64,000 bases of DNA from Alphaproteobacteria bacterium. GTDB lineage: Bacteria; Pseudomonadota; Alphaproteobacteria; MPNO01; UBA830. The notes beneath the pieces are model-generated. The model was not told the DNA's origin. It did not search any database and was given only the letters and a program-made list of their open reading frames with translations. Where the stretch lies: positions 1 through 64,000 of the forward strand of contig OZ251539.1 in NCBI GenBank assembly GCA_965243135.1. Direction: 5' to 3'. Positions 31,975 to 42,783 of this stretch are shown here, one piece after another. The translations under genes and the position numbers were made by a program. Each line of letters starts with the position of its first letter. Position 1 is the first letter of the stretch.

Positions 31975-32765
31975 GGCGCATGCGCCGAAAGGTCGGTGAT
32001 CGACGGCGCGTCGCCGCAGAGCGGGCACGCCGGGTCGCGCGGCAGCCTCATCTTGCGGATCGAGGTCGCGAGGGCGTCGTAGACGAGCAGCGATCCGGCC
32101 AGGCTGTCGCCGATATCCATGATTTCCTTGAGCACCTCCACCGCCTGCAGCGTTCCCGCGGCGCCCGCGACGGCGCCCAGAACTCCGCCCTCCGCGCAGC
32201 TCGGCACCAGTCCTTCCCGCGGCGCCTCGCGATAGAGGCAGCGATAGCACGGTTCGCCTTTTCCGCGCCCCGACCTGAAGGTCGCCACCTGTCCCTCGAA
32301 GCGCAGCACGGCCGCCGACACCAATGTTCTTCCGGCAAGGTGGCAGGCGTCGTTGACGAGAAATCTCGTCTCGAAGTTGTCGCTGCCGTCCGCGACGACG
32401 TCGTAGTCGCGAACGAGGGCGGCGGCATTGGCCGCGGTCAGGCGTTCCCGGTGCGCGACGAGATCGATTTCGGGGTTCACGCCGCGCACGGATTCGCGCG
32501 CGCTTTCCACCTTCGGCCGGCCGACGCGATCCGTCGTGTGGATCACTTGCCGCTGCAGATTCGAAAGGTCGATCTCGTCGTCGTCCACCACCCCGATCGT
32601 GCCGACTCCCGCGGCGGCGAGGTAGAGCAGCAGCGGCGCTCCCAGCCCGCCGGCGCCGACGACCAGAACGCGCGCCCGCAGAAGCCTTGCCTGACCCGCG
32701 CCGCCCACCTCCGGAAGAACGATATGCCGCGCGTATCGATGCAGCTGGTCTTCGGAAAACTCCAT
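31971..32765 (-). CDS. moeB: Molybdopterin-synthase adenylyltransferase (ThiF/MoeB)
   Basis: RYARHIVLPEVG..GQ, GAGGLG, SNLQRQ, PCYRCLY, SCAEGGVLG, DPACPLC. Confidence 0.9.
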   Translation of the reverse strand: MEFSEDQLHRYARHIVLPEVGGAGQARLLRARVLVVGAGGLGAPLLLYLAAAGVGTIGVVDDDEIDLSNLQRQVIHTTDRVGRPKVESARESVRGVNPEIDLVAHRERLTAANAAALVRDYDVVADGSDNFETRFLVNDACHLAGRTLVSAAVLRFEGQVATFRSGRGKGEPCYRCLYREAPREGLVPSCAEGGVLGAVAGAAGTLQAVEVLKEIMDIGDSLAGSLLVYDALATSIRKMRLPRDPACPLCGDAPSITDLSAHAP

Positions 32766-32809
32766 CCTGGCACCCCTAACGCAGGGCCGGCCCGGCCGGC
32801 TTCCCGCCG

Positions 32810-33259
32810 TCAGATCCCGGTCGAGCCGAACCCGCCGGCGCCGCGCGCGGTCTCCGGCAACTCGTCGACTTCCGCGAGGGTGGCGCGCGCGACCGGCGCG
32901 ATCACCATCTGCGCGATGCGCATTCCGCGTTCGACTTCGAACGCGGCCTTTCCAAGGTTGATCAGGGGGACCTTCACTTCCCCCCTGTAGTCGGCGTCCA
33001 CGGTGCCCGGCGCGTTGAGGACGGTCACGCCGTGCCGGGCGGCGAGCCCGGATCGCGGCCGCACCTGCGCCTCGTAGCCGTCGGGCAGGGCGAAAGCGAG
33101 GCCGGTCGGCAACACGGCGCATTCGCCCGGCGAAAGGATGACGGGTTCTTCGACCGCGGCGGAGAGATCCATGCCCGCGGCGAGCGCGGTTCGATATTCC
33201 GGCAAAGGCATATCCAGGCCGTGCGGCAACCGGACGACGGCGATTCGCACGCCGTTCAA
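32810..33259 (-). CDS. dut: dUTP diphosphatase
   Basis: [41 protein letters not shown]. Confidence 0.96.
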   Translation of the reverse strand: MNGVRIAVVRLPHGLDMPLPEYRTALAAGMDLSAAVEEPVILSPGECAVLPTGLAFALPDGYEAQVRPRSGLAARHGVTVLNAPGTVDADYRGEVKVPLINLGKAAFEVERGMRIAQMVIAPVARATLAEVDELPETARGAGGFGSTGI

Positions 33260-34458
33260 CCTGCCGCTTCCAGGCGGCGCGAAATCCGTTCCGCCAGGCG
33301 GGCGGCCACCTCGGTCTTGCTCATTCGCGGCCAGTGTTCGACGCCCTGCGCCGACACGAGATGAATCCTGTTCGAATCGCCGCCGAACGTTCCGGCGCCG
33401 GGCGAAACGTCGTTGGCCAGGATCCAGTCGCATCGCTTGCGCGAGAGCTTGTCGGCGGCGTGTTCGACGACGTCGTTCGTTTCCGCCGCAAATCCGATCA
33501 CCAGCTCCGGCCTTCGATCGCCGGCGCCGGAGAGGGCGGCGAGGATGTCGGGATTTTCCGTCAGTTCCAGCCGGGGCGGCTTTCCGCCCGGTTCCTTCTT
33601 GATCTTCTCGACGCCGGAGTCGGTCGGGCGCCAGTCGGAGACCGCGGCGGCGCAGACGGCGATGTCCGCGGGAAGCGCCGCGACGCAGGCGTCCAGCATC
33701 TGACGCGCGGTTTCGACGCGAATCACGTCGACGCCGGCGGGCGGGGGTTCCGGCGAGGGTCCCGCGACGAGCACCGTCTCCGCGCCCATGCCGGAGAGCG
33801 CCGCCGCGATCGCGTGCCCCTGCTTGCCGGACGAGCGGTTGCCGATGTAGCGAACCGGATCGATCGCCTCGTGGGTCGGGCCGCTCGTGACGATCGCGCG
33901 GCGGCCCGACAGCGGCGCAGCGAAATACCGTTCGATTTTCGCGACGATTTCCCCGGGTTCGGCCATGCGGCCCATGCCGCGCTCGCCGCAGGCCATCGGT
34001 CCTTCCTCCGGTCCGGCGAACATGACGCCGCGGGACTGCAGAAGCGCGACGTTGGCGCGGGTTGCCGGGTGCTCCCACATCCGGACGTTCATCGCCGGCG
34101 CGGCGATCACGTCCTTGTCTGTGGCGAGCAGCACGGTCGTCGCGAGGTCGTCGGCGATGCCGCCCGCCATCTTCGCGAGCGCGTTCGCCGTCGCCGGCGC
34201 TACGACAAGGACGTCCGCTTCGCGCGACAGCCGGATATGGCCCATTTCGGCTTCGTCGGTGAGGGAAAAGAGGTCGCAATAGACCTTTTCCTCGCTGAGG
34301 GCGGACGCCGACAACGGAGTCACGAACCGGGTTGCGGCCTCGGTGAGCACGCAGCGCACGGAGGCGCCGCATTCGCGCAGGCGGCGTATCAGCTCGAGAC
34401 TCCTGTACGCGGCGATGCCGCCGGAGACGATCAGGAGAATGCGTTTGCCGTGCAGCAT
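33256..34458 (-). CDS. coaBC: Phosphopantothenoylcysteine decarboxylase/ligase
   Basis: [46 protein letters not shown]. Confidence 0.96.
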   Translation of the reverse strand: MLHGKRILLIVSGGIAAYRSLELIRRLRECGASVRCVLTEAATRFVTPLSASALSEEKVYCDLFSLTDEAEMGHIRLSREADVLVVAPATANALAKMAGGIADDLATTVLLATDKDVIAAPAMNVRMWEHPATRANVALLQSRGVMFAGPEEGPMACGERGMGRMAEPGEIVAKIERYFAAPLSGRRAIVTSGPTHEAIDPVRYIGNRSSGKQGHAIAAALSGMGAETVLVAGPSPEPPPAGVDVIRVETARQMLDACVAALPADIAVCAAAVSDWRPTDSGVEKIKKEPGGKPPRLELTENPDILAALSGAGDRRPELVIGFAAETNDVVEHAADKLSRKRCDWILANDVSPGAGTFGGDSNRIHLVSAQGVEHWPRMSKTEVAARLAERISRRLEAAG

Positions 34459-34683
34459 GCGTCAGCGCCGGAGCGGTTCGCGGCGGCGATTGTCCGCCGG
34501 ATTTCGAGAAAATCGCGCGGGACGGCGGCGCGAAGCCCGCGCTCCGTTTTCCCGGCCCGTCAGCCGCGCCGCCTTCCGGCCGGGCCGAGCGGCGCGGACG
34601 GCGGCGAGGCGGACCGGACGAGATCTTCCGGGCGGCCGCGTCACGACGACGTTTCCGCTTTTCCGTCGCGGGCGGCTCCGGCG

Positions 34684-35742
34684 CTATTCCGCCGCAATTC
34701 GTTTCTCCCCGGCGCGCATCCGGCGCAGGGCGCGGCGCGCCAGAGCGACCGCCTCGTCGTGCCGCCGGAATTCCAGCCGGCGGCCCGGTTCCTGCGACAC
34801 CGCCGCCTGCTGCGCCTCGATCATGGCCTTGTCTTCGGTGAAGGCGTGGGCGATGTCGGCGTAGAACCGCTCTCCGGCGGGCGTGTCGTCGCGGCAGCGC
34901 CGGTTCGCGACCGACCAGAAATAGTGGCAACTGGTCCGGGTTTCCGGGGTCGCGTGATGAAACAGCCGCAGCGAGACGCCGCCGTCCTGGAGGCGGTTCT
35001 CCGTGGCGCCGCGCCCGGTTTCGAGCGCGCCGCCCCATTGAAGCACGGAACTCGGCGCCACGTACTCGAACTCGGACCAGCGGTCCACCTTGCCTTCGAA
35101 TCCGGCGACCTCGACGAAGGAAGGCGGCGGCGGGGAGGCCAGCATCCATCTGAGGTACTTCACGCCGTTGTCGGTCGGCGTGGTGTCGAGCGTCGCGTCG
35201 ACGTGGGACTGGGGAAATCCGCCGATGGTGGAGCCGTGGACGTAGCCGAGATGCGTCAGGTCCATCAGGTTGTCCATCACGAACATGTAGTTCGCTTCGA
35301 AACGGTAGCGGCCGTACTGAAACGGCCATTCCTCGTCCAGATCGTGAAACGGATAGTCGATGACCGCATCCCGGTCGGCGAGGGCGGGATCGCCCGTCCA
35401 GATCCACACGAAACGCTGGCGCTCGACGACCGGATAGGCGCGAACCCGATAGAGCGCGCGGTCCTCCTCTTCGCCGGGATTCCCGGCGCAGGCGCCCTCG
35501 CGGTCGAAGACCATCCCGTGATAGCCGCATTGAAGGCCGGTTTCGATCACGCTTCCGAGCCTCAGGGGCGCTCCGCGATGGCAGCACCTGTCCTCCAGTG
35601 CGCCGACCTGGCCCGAAGCGTCGCGGAAAAGAACGACGTCCCGGTCCATGATCCTGCGGGCGAGCGGCTCCGTTCCCACCTCGTGAGACCATGCCGCGAC
35701 GTACCAGGCGTTGTAAACGAGAGGTTCGATCGCATCCGTCAT
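34684..35742 (-). CDS. Rieske non-heme iron oxygenase alpha subunit (VanA-like)
   Basis: [15 protein letters not shown] Rieske site; [13 protein letters not shown] mononuclear Fe site. Confidence 0.9.
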   Translation of the reverse strand: MTDAIEPLVYNAWYVAAWSHEVGTEPLARRIMDRDVVLFRDASGQVGALEDRCCHRGAPLRLGSVIETGLQCGYHGMVFDREGACAGNPGEEEDRALYRVRAYPVVERQRFVWIWTGDPALADRDAVIDYPFHDLDEEWPFQYGRYRFEANYMFVMDNLMDLTHLGYVHGSTIGGFPQSHVDATLDTTPTDNGVKYLRWMLASPPPPSFVEVAGFEGKVDRWSEFEYVAPSSVLQWGGALETGRGATENRLQDGGVSLRLFHHATPETRTSCHYFWSVANRRCRDDTPAGERFYADIAHAFTEDKAMIEAQQAAVSQEPGRRLEFRRHDEAVALARRALRRMRAGEKRIAAE

Positions 35743-35862
35743 GACTGTTCCTTTCCCGCGAACGTCTGGATCCTGCCAACGACCGGCGCCGGATTCAAGG
35801 CTCGGAGCGGCCGGCTCATGCGGTCGCGCATTCGGACCGGCGCCGCGCTCGGGTCCGCGCGT

Positions 35863-37359
35863 TCAGAGCGCGGTCAGTCCGGCGAACGCGACGGCCGCCG
35901 CCGCCGCGACCCACAGCGGCCATGCGGGCTTGCGCCGCGGCGCGGCGGGAGCCGTCCCGGCTTTTTTTTCGAGTTCGTCCATCAGGCGCGGCAGCCGTTC
36001 CAGCCGGTCCAGAAAGGCGCCGGCGGTTTCGCGGACCCGCGCTTCCGGTCCCGCGTTGCGGCTCATCCAGTCCTCGATCAGCGGCCGCGCCAGTTCCCAC
36101 ATGTTCGCGTCGGGACAGAGTTCGCGGCCGACGCCCTCGGCGACGAGCATGGTCTTCTGCAGCAGAAGCAGTTGCGGTTGCGTCGGCATGTCGAATCGCT
36201 CCGTCACGGCGAACAGTTGGGCAAGCAGCCGCGCGAGCGAAATGCGGTTCAGCGGCAGGCCGAGAACGGGCTCCGCGATGGCGCGCGCCGCCTGCGCGAA
36301 CTCTTCGGCGGAATGGTGCGCGGGAACGTATCCGGCGCGAATATGGACGTTCGCCACGTGCGCGTAGTCTCTCGTCAGGAAGCCGTACAGCATTTCCGCG
36401 AGATAACGGCGAGTCGGGCGGTCGAGGCGGCCCATGATTCCGAAGTCGACCGCATGGACCACGCCGTCCGGATCGACGAACAGGTTTCCCGGATGGAGGT
36501 CGGCATGAAAGAATCCGTCCCGGAATACCTGCAGGAAGAACACCCTGGAGAAGTTGGCGACGACCGCGCGGGGATCGGGCGCGCCGGGCGTCGTCGGCAG
36601 GTCGTGGATCGGCGCCGCCTCGACCCAGCGCGTCGTAAGCACGCGGCGTCCGCTGCGCGACCAGTCGACTTCCGGCACGCTGAAGCCGGGTTCGTCCGCC
36701 AGGTTCTCGCGCAATTCGTCGGCGGCGGCGGCTTCCAGCCGGAGATCCATTTCGATTTCCACCGTCCGGACGATCGTGTCCGCCACGTCCAGCGGCCGCA
36801 GCCTGCGGAGGCCCGGAAAGAATTTCTCCGTCGTCCCGGCGGCCCAGCGAGCGAGTTCCAGGTCGCGCGCGAAGGCGGCCTCTACGCCCGGCCGGAGCAC
36901 CTTGACCGCGACCTCGACGCCCTCCGTCGTCACGGCCCGGTGAACCTGAGCGATCGAAGCCGCAGCGACCGCCTCGTCGTCGAAGGACGAGAATCGTTCG
37001 GACAGCCTTTCGCCAAGCTCCGCCTCCACGGCGGACCGCGCCTCCGCGCCGTCGAACGCGGGCATGCGGTCCTGCAGCGAGGAGAGGTCGTCCGCGATCT
37101 CGTTTCCGATCAGGTCGGGCCGAACCGACAACGCCTGGCCGATCTTGACGAAGGCCGGCCCGAGTTCGGTCAGCGCCGCCTTCAGCCGCTCTCCGGGGCG
37201 GGAAGCCGTTCCCGAGCGGCGAACCAGCAAGAACGCCGCCGCGCAGCGCAGCAACGGCCGGGGCGCGCCGAGGCGTTCGAGCGGAAAGAGCGCGTCGTGC
37301 CGCGCCAGCGCGCGCGCGATGACGATGGCGCGCCGAAACTGTCTCAGCCCGCCGGACAC
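35863..37359 (-). CDS. ubiB: Ubiquinone biosynthesis kinase-like protein
   Basis: LGPAFVKIGQ, AAASIAQVH, VAVKVLRP, FFHADLHPGN, VDFGIMG; downstream of ubiE; start approximate (GTG). Confidence 0.93.
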   Translation of the reverse strand: MSGGLRQFRRAIVIARALARHDALFPLERLGAPRPLLRCAAAFLLVRRSGTASRPGERLKAALTELGPAFVKIGQALSVRPDLIGNEIADDLSSLQDRMPAFDGAEARSAVEAELGERLSERFSSFDDEAVAAASIAQVHRAVTTEGVEVAVKVLRPGVEAAFARDLELARWAAGTTEKFFPGLRRLRPLDVADTIVRTVEIEMDLRLEAAAADELRENLADEPGFSVPEVDWSRSGRRVLTTRWVEAAPIHDLPTTPGAPDPRAVVANFSRVFFLQVFRDGFFHADLHPGNLFVDPDGVVHAVDFGIMGRLDRPTRRYLAEMLYGFLTRDYAHVANVHIRAGYVPAHHSAEEFAQAARAIAEPVLGLPLNRISLARLLAQLFAVTERFDMPTQPQLLLLQKTMLVAEGVGRELCPDANMWELARPLIEDWMSRNAGPEARVRETAGAFLDRLERLPRLMDELEKKAGTAPAAPRRKPAWPLWVAAAAAVAFAGLTAL

Positions 37360-37436
37360 GCTTCGCCGCCGGAGGTTGCGACCCCGCCCGGCGGCGCGGA
37401 GGGGCTTGGCCGTCGGAACGCCGCCCGGATCATGCC

Positions 37437-38171
37437 TCAGACGCGCCAGCCGGAGTGAATCCAGACGATGCCGCCGGTCAACGAAGTCTGGGTGACGTTG
37501 CCGAAGCCTGCCGCCCGCAGTTCCGCCGTCAGCGCGTCGGGATCCGGGAAGCGGCGGATGCTTTCGGCGAGATAGCGGTAGGCGTCGGCGTCGCCCGCGA
37601 CGCGGGCGCCCAGCCACGGGAGCGCTCGGAAGGAGTAGGCGTCGTAGAGCGGCTTGAGGGCCGGCAGCACGGCCGGGCTGAATTCGAGGCAGAGAAAGTG
37701 TCCGCCGAACGCGAGAACGCGCCGCATTTCCGCCAGCGCCGCCCGCCGCCGGGTCACGTTGCGCAGACCGAACGCGATCGTGCAGATATCGGCGCACCCG
37801 TCGCCGAACGGCAGGTCGGAGGCGTCGCCGCAGACCCGCGCCGGTCCTTCCGTTATCCCGCGGTCGAGCGCCCGGTCGAGGCCGGCTTGCAGCATGCGTT
37901 CGCTGATGTCGCAAATGGTGGCGTCGATGCCGCCGCGTTCGATGAAGCCTGCCGCGACGTCGCCCGTGCCTCCCGCGACGTCGACGAGCCGTCCGCGCGC
38001 GCCCGCTCGGTCGAGCAGCGCAGATTTCCAGAGGCGGTGAAGGCCGCCCGACATGAGATCGTTCATCAGGTCGTAGCGCCGGGCGACGCTGTCGAAGACG
38101 CCCCGGACGAGGTTCGAGTGCTCGGACCCGCCGACGCGCCGGAATCCGAACCGGTAGTCTTCCGCATCCAT
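37437..38171 (-). CDS. ubiE: Ubiquinone/menaquinone C-methyltransferase
   Basis: VFDSVARRYDLMNDLMSGGLHRLWK, DVAGGTGD, AFGLRNVT, YLAESIR. Confidence 0.95.
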   Translation of the reverse strand: MDAEDYRFGFRRVGGSEHSNLVRGVFDSVARRYDLMNDLMSGGLHRLWKSALLDRAGARGRLVDVAGGTGDVAAGFIERGGIDATICDISERMLQAGLDRALDRGITEGPARVCGDASDLPFGDGCADICTIAFGLRNVTRRRAALAEMRRVLAFGGHFLCLEFSPAVLPALKPLYDAYSFRALPWLGARVAGDADAYRYLAESIRRFPDPDALTAELRAAGFGNVTQTSLTGGIVWIHSGWRV

Positions 38172-38216
38172 GCCGGAAAGATAGCGCGGGCGCCGGTTTG
38201 TTGCTACCGTCTCGGC

Positions 38217-39059
38217 ATGCCGGAATTGCCCGAAGTCGAAACGGTTCGCCGCGGACTGGCGGCGGTCATGGAAGGGCGGCGCATCGAGCGCGTCCTCGTG
38301 CGCCGCGCGGATCTCCGGCGGCCGGTGCCGGCGGATTTCGCCGACCGCTTGCAGGGACGCACGCTGATCCGTCTGGGACGGAGGGCGAAGTATCTCGTCG
38401 GCGAGTTCGACGACGATACCGTGCTGCTCGCCCATCTCGGAATGTCGGGACGGATCGTCGTCGATTCCCCCGGCGGGCCCGCGCCGCCCGCCCGGCACGC
38501 GGCGCACGAGCACATCGTGTTCGAGGTCGGCAACGGCACGGTCGTCCGATTTTCGGATCCGCGCCGCTTCGGCCTCATGGTGCTGACCGACAGGGAGCGG
38601 TTGCCATGCCATCCGCTGATCCGGCATCTGGGGCCGGAACCCGTCGCCGAAGCGTTTACGGGGCCGGTTCTCGCCGACCGCCTGAAGCGCCGCGACGCGC
38701 CGGTGAAGTCGGCCCTGCTCGATCAGAAGGTGGTCGCCGGCATCGGCAACATCTACGCTTGCGAAGCGCTGTACGTCGCCGGCCTGTCTCCGCGGCGCAG
38801 GGCGGCGACGGTGCAGGGCGCGCGGGCGGCGAGACTGGCGGAAGCCGTCCGGCGGGTGCTTGTCGAGGCGATCGAGGCCGGCGGCTCGTCCCTGCGCGAT
38901 CATGTCGCTCCGACCGGCGAGGTCGGGTATTTCCAGCACAGCTTCAAGGTGTACGGACGCGAGGGGCAGCCTTGTCCCGGGTGCGACTGCGGGAGCGCGA
39001 TCAGGCGGACGGTCCAGGCGGGCCGGTCCACCTTTTACTGCGCGGCGCGTCAGAAATAG
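38217..39059 (+). CDS. mutM: Formamidopyrimidine-DNA glycosylase
   Basis: MPELPEVETV, RRAKYL, HLGMSG, DPRRFG, GIGNIYACE, C-terminal Zn finger. Confidence 0.97.
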   Translation: MPELPEVETVRRGLAAVMEGRRIERVLVRRADLRRPVPADFADRLQGRTLIRLGRRAKYLVGEFDDDTVLLAHLGMSGRIVVDSPGGPAPPARHAAHEHIVFEVGNGTVVRFSDPRRFGLMVLTDRERLPCHPLIRHLGPEPVAEAFTGPVLADRLKRRDAPVKSALLDQKVVAGIGNIYACEALYVAGLSPRRRAATVQGARAARLAEAVRRVLVEAIEAGGSSLRDHVAPTGEVGYFQHSFKVYGREGQPCPGCDCGSAIRRTVQAGRSTFYCAARQK

Positions 39060-40352
39060 GGCAGGCGGCCGCCGTCAAGGCGGAAGACCCGGAGCGGGTT
39101 TCGGCGCGAGAACGGCGTCCGGAATGCCGCTTTCGCCGCGCTGCGGCCCGCTCGATTCCCTGCTTCCGGTTGTCGCGATCGTCGAACCAGGGGTCCGCGT
39201 TGCGGCGTCCGTTTGCGGCAGGGAACGGCGCGGCGAGACCGTCGCCCCGCCAAACGCGACGATTCCTTCCGTTCGCTGCGGAGAACGCCGACCGGAACGT
39301 CCGAACGCAGAGCTGGACGAGCTGCCGACAGCGTTTCGCTCTCCCGGGCCGCCGGCCGTCGGCGCCGGGACGCGACTTGAGGGACTACTCGCCGCCATGC
39401 CCTCTCCGGGAGAAGCGAGAGGCCGAAGGCCGCCCCCCTGTCTTCGCTGGCCAAACCGCCCTCGCGATGGAGAGTGCCGACCCCTGCGCCGCGCTTCGGA
39501 AGAGGGGTTCTGTGTAGCCTGCAGTTCGTGGCTAATTACGCAACAAACGCTCATGGCCTGCTCACCCCGTAGCATGTAACTCTGGATATGGTTCTCTCGG
39601 CCTCGCGCCGTTGCGCCGACATAACCGTTCCGCGTTCGGGCGTCGCGGCGCGGAGACAGGGCTATACGGGGCAGCCCTCAGCGTCACGCTCCTCTCGAAC
39701 GGCAAGCGCCGCCGCGAAAAAATCTCGCGGAACGGTTTTGTGCGGCCATCGGGGTTAGTTACGCAACAACAAACGGCAGACCGCCGTAGCCAAGCCGCAG
39801 GCATGTCCGGTTCACCGGTTGGGATCAGCGCGACGCACAAAAAATAGCGTAGGATAGGCCGCACAGCGGGTCGAGTGGTGCGTTGCGTCTTGAAGGCGCT
39901 GCGGCGAGACGGACGAAGGCGCTCTTGCCCGGCATGACCGGCGCGACGCCGTACAGGCAGCGCCGGGCGTCTCCGCTGCACAGCCCCCGCAAGCGGCACG
40001 ACGAAGACATCGCCCGGGAAGCGGGGACAGGACGTCACGTCACCCTTCCTGAGCGTGTTCTCTCATGTCGGCGGCCGACCGAAGACGCGCTCCGACGGCC
40101 GCGACAGTTCCCGCGGCGGCGTTCCGGGGCTGCCGACAGGCGAGAGGCAGCCGCAGGAATCTTCCCCGCCGAAATGAATTTTCTCGCCCTCTCAAGCCTC
40201 GCTTCCCGGCGCGCGAGCGCCTGCAGGGAGACGCCGCCGGACGCGGCTTCCTCGGCCGGGCGGCTCGTCAAGCCATGCGACGAACCGGCTACCGCCGCAG
40301 GCCGGACCCGCGGCGGCGTTCTTTCGCGGAGGCGGCCGTGACGGGAAGCCGC

Positions 40353-41882
40353 TCAGGCGGCCTCGCAGTCGAAGCCGACGACGTTGCGCTCTTCGCGACT
40401 GAACTCCACCCCGATCAGGTGGACCGAACGCCCGAGACGGCGGTACTTGTCCGCGTAGCCCTTCTCCCGCAACTGCGCGAGCGCGGTCCCCTCCCGCCCG
40501 CGCTCCACCACCTTGAACTCGAACAGGTAGACGCGCCCGCCGGCGCGGATCGCCATGTCGGCGCGCCCCCGGCTGCCGCTGTCCTCGGCGACCGGCTCGA
40601 CGCCCTCCATCAGGAAGCAGCTGTGGATGACGCTTGCGTAGTGGGCCTCGTACTTCGCGACCGGGCTGCTCGCGTACCACTGGTGCGGAATGGCGGCGAA
40701 GACGCCGCGGAACAGGGTCTCGATGCGCCCGAAGTCGCTCGCTTCCAGCAGTTCGCCCAGCCGCAGGCGCGCCGTCTCCTTGCGGGCCTCGACCGGGAGC
40801 AGTTCTCCCAGCAGGGCCTCGCCCAGGCTCTGGCGCACCTCGAGGTTCGGGTAGTCCAGCCGGTAGCGCCCGTCCTCCTCGCCGGCGATGGTCAGGTAGC
40901 CGGTCTGGAACAGAAGCGCCTCGACCGAGATATTGTCCACGTCGAAGGCAGAGAGCAGGCTCTCGCTGCCGGCCATGCCGTCCAGGTCGGGAGTGGGCAG
41001 GTCGCGGCGCGTCAGCGTCTCGATCAGGAAGGTCGGCGTGCCGCTATGGAACCAGTAGTTGCCGAACTTGCGTTTGTCGAACAGCAGCAGGAGGCCGAAC
41101 GGGTTGTAGACCCTCTCCGGTCCGAGCCAGTTGTAGCCGTTGTACCAGCGGCGGATCTCGTCCCGGTCCAGGCCCTCGAGTTCCGGGGCGAAGACCGCGT
41201 CCAGTTCCGCGTCCGTGCAGCCGCAGATGGCGCCGTAGCGCTCGTCCAGCGTGATGTCGTTCAGGTTGTTCAGGCCCGAGAACAGACCCGATAACTTGCT
41301 CACCCCCGTCAGGAAAACGAAACGAAGCTGCTCGTCGCACTCCTTGATCATCGCGTAGAAGCCGCGCAGGAAGTCGCGATTGGCCAGCGCCAGTTCCCGG
41401 TTGCCGAGCGCATCCAGAATCGGCTTGTCGTATTCGTCGACCAGAACGACCGTCCGCTGCCCGGTGCGTTCGTGCAGCGTCCTTATCAGGCGCCGGAAAC
41501 GGACCGCCGCCCCGGCGGGACCCGGTTCGAGGCCGGCCAGCCGCTCCGTTTCCTCCAACTGGTCTTCCACGTTTCCCCGAACGAGGTCCGGGGAGTCGAA
41601 ATTGCCCCCGCCGAAGCTGATCCGCACGACCGGATGGCGCGTCGACCAGTCCCACTTGCCGTGCACGGCGAGGCCCCGGAACAATTCCTCGCTTCCCTCG
41701 AACAGCTTCTGCAGCGTGTCCACCAGGAGGGTCTTGCCGAACCGGCGCGGACGCGACAGGAAATAGTACTTGCCCCTCTCGACGAGGCGGCGCGCATGGT
41801 CCGTCTTGTCGACGTAGTAGCAGTCCATCCCCCGGATCTCCCGGAGGGAGGAAAAGCCGATCGGAAGCATGCGTTGCGTCAT
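40353..41882 (-). CDS. AAA-ATPase-like + PD-(D/E)XK nuclease, paralog 5
   Basis: Same motifs, with the same promoter and downstream flank as paralogs 1-4. Confidence 0.92.
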   Translation of the reverse strand: MTQRMLPIGFSSLREIRGMDCYYVDKTDHARRLVERGKYYFLSRPRRFGKTLLVDTLQKLFEGSEELFRGLAVHGKWDWSTRHPVVRISFGGGNFDSPDLVRGNVEDQLEETERLAGLEPGPAGAAVRFRRLIRTLHERTGQRTVVLVDEYDKPILDALGNRELALANRDFLRGFYAMIKECDEQLRFVFLTGVSKLSGLFSGLNNLNDITLDERYGAICGCTDAELDAVFAPELEGLDRDEIRRWYNGYNWLGPERVYNPFGLLLLFDKRKFGNYWFHSGTPTFLIETLTRRDLPTPDLDGMAGSESLLSAFDVDNISVEALLFQTGYLTIAGEEDGRYRLDYPNLEVRQSLGEALLGELLPVEARKETARLRLGELLEASDFGRIETLFRGVFAAIPHQWYASSPVAKYEAHYASVIHSCFLMEGVEPVAEDSGSRGRADMAIRAGGRVYLFEFKVVERGREGTALAQLREKGYADKYRRLGRSVHLIGVEFSREERNVVGFDCEAA

Positions 41883-42047
41883 TCGAAGAGGGTAGGCCGC
41901 CGCGCCGGAGCCGTCAAGAAGTCGGCGGCGGCAGGCGCGTCCCCTGGCGCGGCAAGCAGCCGGCAGTTTTCGCAGCGGTACGGCGGGGAAAAGCGCGGGG
42001 GCGAGCGAACCTGTCGCTCCGCGGAAGCCCGCCCGCAGTAGGCGACC

Positions 42048-42235
42048 ATGGTTGCAAGCACGTTCGACGCGCTCAACGCGCGGCCAGGAGGCCGCGGGCG
42101 GAAGCGAACGCCGACGGCCGGCGCCGCCAGCAAAGGCGACGCGAGTCGACAACGACGCCGGCTTCGCGAGCCTCGACGGCAAGGTCGACGTCCTCGCCGC
42201 GGAAACCAGGGCCGGCGCAACGCGACGGCAAGCGC
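42048..42235 (+). pseudogene. Decayed DUF1640-like gene divergent from paralog 5
   Basis: MVASTFDALNA, then NDAGFASLDGKVDVLAAETRA in another frame. Confidence 0.6.
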
Positions 42236-42451
42236 TCTCCACCGCTTCGCCATGGCTCAACACCACGGTGCGACACCTCCTTCCTCAGTTCCTGTCGCTG
42301 TTCCGTCCGCCGCCACCTCCTTGGTCTGGAAGCGTTCCAAGAGATCATTTGGTACATGGACCGGACATATCATCTGTTACTGACACGGACTCCGCCTTCT
42401 CCTTGAGCCGCGTGCGCTGTTCGTAACGTCTTGAATTGCGGACAGATTTCC

Positions 42452-42570
42452 GGGGTGCGGAAATTTTTTACCCCGATTGGGGTACGGAAAACTGCGAATT
42501 CTCCGCGCCGAGGTCGTGATTGTCGCAGATTCCACCCCACGGCCGGCCGGGTGCCGCCCCTGGCCGCCTG
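42452..42570. repeat. Dispersed ~115-bp non-coding repeat, copy B
   Basis: ggggtgcggaaattttttaccccgattggggtacggaaaactgcg..ccgagg..cgcagattcc; similar to 15895-16010. Confidence 0.55.
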
Positions 42571-42783
42571 CGTTCAGGCTACGGCCCGGCTTGCACCGGG
42601 TTTGCGGCGCGGCAACACTCGCCTTTTGTTCTGAAGACTGAGCACCCGCGAGGCCCTTGCGGGCCGCTGGCGAGCGGGCGGAGCGGTTCGCGGGGTGCCG
42701 GCCGGGCGGCAGGCCGACAAAAAAATGGCACAGCGCAAACGGCTTTCCTTGACGGCTCCGGCATGGCGGCCTACCCTCTTCGA

